Assembly: GCA_024696945.1 (NCBI GenBank)
Contig: JAILGF010000196.1
Coordinates: 8,918-72,917 of the forward strand
Source: Lachnospiraceae bacterium
Lineage (GTDB): Bacteria > Bacillota > Clostridia > Lachnospirales > Lachnospiraceae
Direction: 5' to 3'
Length of the DNA: 64,000 nucleotides
Position 1 is the stretch's first letter. Each line of letters starts with the position of its first letter. The position numbers were made by a program, and so were the translations under genes. Under the pieces are notes generated by a model, which saw only the letters and a program-made list of their open reading frames with translations, did no database searches and had not been told where the DNA came from. Positions 62,090 to 64,000 of the stretch are shown in pieces.

Positions 62090-63490
62090 ATGAACAAGAA
62101 CAAAAAGAATAAAGAAAACAGATCTGATATCGACGAGCTGAAACTGAAAAAGCAGGATATAGAAGAAGCTGAAGAACAGGATGAGGAAGAGTCGATAATC
62201 CAGGAACAGATAAAGCCCTGGCATAAAAGAAAATTCAAAAAGGTGATGAGCGTTATAGGCTTCTCACTGCTGGCAGGAATTATCTTCGGAATAGCCGCAA
62301 GGTTTGTTTTCAAGTATTCGGACGGCATAATCAGCAAGATATTCGGCCTGAACCAGCCGTATGACAGTCCAAATTCACAGCCGCCGGTAAACATTAATCC
62401 TTCGCCGGATCAGCAAAAGGTTTCCACTGACAAGGATGGAGTTTCTTTCAACATAGACAATCCCGAAACATCGGAAGGTGCGGTTCCGACCGTAGTAATA
62501 GAGGATGACGGATCTGCCCTTGCCTCATACAGGCTTGCCATGGAGCAGATGAGGATCAAATCTGAAAAGGTCCGTAAGGGCGTGGTAAAGATCTCTGCCG
62601 TGACAAGTATTGTAAACTGGCTGGGAGAATCCATAGAGCAGTCTGAAAGCTCCTTGGGCATTGTGGTTGCCGAGAATCCGACAAATCTGTTCGTGGTAAC
62701 GTATTACGATAAGGTTAAGAACGCGGACAGGATAGAGATTACCTTAAAGAGCAGAAATACATATACGGTTCCGCTTCTTAACTATGACGACAGCTATAAC
62801 CTCGCAGTGCTTGTGCTTTCAAAGCAGGTTTTAAAGCAGGAGGATTTCAGCACTCTTGCATTGCTTGAAATAGGCAATTCGGACAGCGTTTATGCCGGAA
62901 TGCCGATTATAGCTGTAGACTCAATAGACGGAAAGAATGAGCTTGTTGAATACGGAGTGGTAACCGGGGACAGCTATGTTGACTATATAACGGATGCCAT
63001 TATTGAGATATTTACGACCGATATCGAGCATTCGGAAAACGACGAGGGAATAGTAACGGACCTTGACGGAAAACTGGTCGGGATTATTACCAGAAAGCTT
63101 GGAGAGAGTGTTGAAGCCGATGTCAACAAATGCATGCGTGTAAACGATCTTATAAAGGTTGCCGAGAAGCTCTGCAACGGTGAAAGCAGGCTCTATTTCG
63201 GTATCAAAGCTGAGAATATTCCTGAATGGGCACTGCGTGAGAACGATATAGAAAACGGTATTTACGTTAACGGCGTGGAACCTTCTTCACCGGCCTCAGA
63301 TGCAGGTCTTCGTAAGGGAGATTTCATTACTGCGATCAACGGCAGAAAGATCAATGAGGTCAGCGAATTCTCCGAAATACTTATGGATGCAACGGAGAAC
63401 AGCGAGCTTGTTATAGAGGGTTACAGGGTTTCCAAGTCCGCAAGTCCGGAATTTACCGTGACGGTTAAACCCGAAAAAAGAAATAATTAA
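62090..63490 (+). CDS. HtrA/DegP-like trypsin-fold plus PDZ protein with all catalytic-triad positions substituted (predicted pseudoprotease)
   Basis: Charged N-terminus, TM anchor, trypsin-like fold and a C-terminal PDZ domain (GIYVNGVEPSSPASDAGLRKGDFITAING). At the positions of HtrA TNNHVV, DLAVL and GNSGG the sequence reads TYYDKV, NLAVL and ENDEG. Confidence 0.7.
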   Translation: MNKNKKNKENRSDIDELKLKKQDIEEAEEQDEEESIIQEQIKPWHKRKFKKVMSVIGFSLLAGIIFGIAARFVFKYSDGIISKIFGLNQPYDSPNSQPPVNINPSPDQQKVSTDKDGVSFNIDNPETSEGAVPTVVIEDDGSALASYRLAMEQMRIKSEKVRKGVVKISAVTSIVNWLGESIEQSESSLGIVVAENPTNLFVVTYYDKVKNADRIEITLKSRNTYTVPLLNYDDSYNLAVLVLSKQVLKQEDFSTLALLEIGNSDSVYAGMPIIAVDSIDGKNELVEYGVVTGDSYVDYITDAIIEIFTTDIEHSENDEGIVTDLDGKLVGIITRKLGESVEADVNKCMRVNDLIKVAEKLCNGESRLYFGIKAENIPEWALRENDIENGIYVNGVEPSSPASDAGLRKGDFITAINGRKINEVSEFSEILMDATENSELVIEGYRVSKSASPEFTVTVKPEKRNN

Positions 63491-63507
63491 AAAGGTATGG
63501 TGAAACA

Positions 63508-64000
63508 GTGAAGTATATTAATGAACTGCGTGAAGGCGACATAACCCGCGATATTTATCTGTGCAAACAGGTTCAGAGCCTTGTGGCCAAAACCGGGAAA
63601 AGCTATCTTTCCATCATTCTTCAGGACAAAACCGGAATGCTTGATGCTAAGGTCTGGGATGTGACCAGCGGCGGCATAGAGGATTTTGACGCACTTGATT
63701 ATATTTACGTTGAAGGAGAGGTTACTGTATTTCAGGGAACGCTTCAGCTTAAGTGCCGCAGGATAAGGAAATGCAGGGAGGAAGAGGTTGATCCTTCGGA
63801 TTATCTTCCTTACACAAGGTACGATATCGAGGCTATGTACAAGAAGGTTCTCGATTACATTTCAGAGGTTAAAGAGCCTCATTTAAAGAAGCTCCTTGAA
63901 AGCTTTTTTGTGGATGATGCTGATTTTATCAAGATTTTTAAGAGACATTCGGCCGCAAAATCTGTTCATCACGGATTTATCGGAGGGCTTCTTGAGCATA
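63508..64000 (+). CDS. yhaM: 3'-5' exoribonuclease YhaM (OB fold plus HD domain), 3'-truncated at window edge
   Basis: My own translation from the GTG at 63508 gives VKYINELREGD...LCKQVQSLVAKTGKSYLSIILQDKTGMLDAKVWD...HHGFIGGLLEH. The OB fold followed by the start of an HD domain is the YhaM pattern. The frame is open to the window end, and the ORF is absent from the track because it has no stop. Confidence 0.8.
   Translation, partial: MKYINELREGDITRDIYLCKQVQSLVAKTGKSYLSIILQDKTGMLDAKVWDVTSGGIEDFDALDYIYVEGEVTVFQGTLQLKCRRIRKCREEEVDPSDYLPYTRYDIEAMYKKVLDYISEVKEPHLKKLLESFFVDDADFIKIFKRHSAAKSVHHGFIGGLLEH

Noticed and set aside
1-64000. Scanned for CRISPR arrays, tRNA/rRNA genes, transposases, integrases, phage genes, toxin-antitoxin pairs and known defence-system signatures
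   Set aside because: None was found by eye. Intergenic regions are short and are explained by promoters, terminators, two riboswitches and the 26-nt repeat family. No ORF shows recombinase, nuclease-helicase or restriction-modification motifs. A computational scan (tRNAscan-SE, Infernal, a defence-system finder) would be needed to be certain.

Overview
The window looks like a contiguous piece of core chromosome from a Firmicutes/Clostridia organism, Lachnospiraceae-like judging by gene content. The supporting genes and elements are WhiA, an HPr-like protein, HprK, an L-box, an RFN element, an ECF-type RibU, TsaEBD, MutS2 and YhaM. Almost all genes are on the + strand and are housekeeping: glyA, deoD, dapAB, hprK-glcK-murB-whiA-crh, dnaE, pfk, tex, a heterodimeric ABC exporter, ribU, tsaE-tsaB-rimI-rnz-tsaD, ispD, an alpha-galactosidase, ACT-hom-lysC, azlCD (- strand), a GH13 glycosidase, nth, an Lrp regulator with an aminotransferase, trmL, mutS2, a two-component system and yhaM. 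I found no rRNA, tRNA, CRISPR array, transposase, integrase or phage gene. Two riboswitches are recognisable by eye: a lysine L-box before dapA and an FMN element before ribU. I also call several extended -10 promoters and intrinsic terminators. Six things are worth a second look. (1) A translationally coupled four-gene operon of unknown function at the left edge is built around a degenerate Hsp70/actin-fold protein. (2) A tandem-duplicated, two-domain phosphofructokinase has a C-terminal half that has lost its ATP- and substrate-binding residues. (3) A dispersed ~26-nt intergenic repeat, GTCATYCTGARCG..GAAGRATCT, occurs at least 8 times; it forms a 54-nt palindrome before hom, and identical copies bracket hom. 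(4) An HtrA-like PDZ protein downstream of the two-component system has all three catalytic-triad positions replaced. (5) The Crh-like HPr paralogue has Asp at the His15 position. (6) A 73-codon relic of a peptide ABC permease lies between deoD and the L-box. All functional calls rest on motif recognition by eye. No database search was run.
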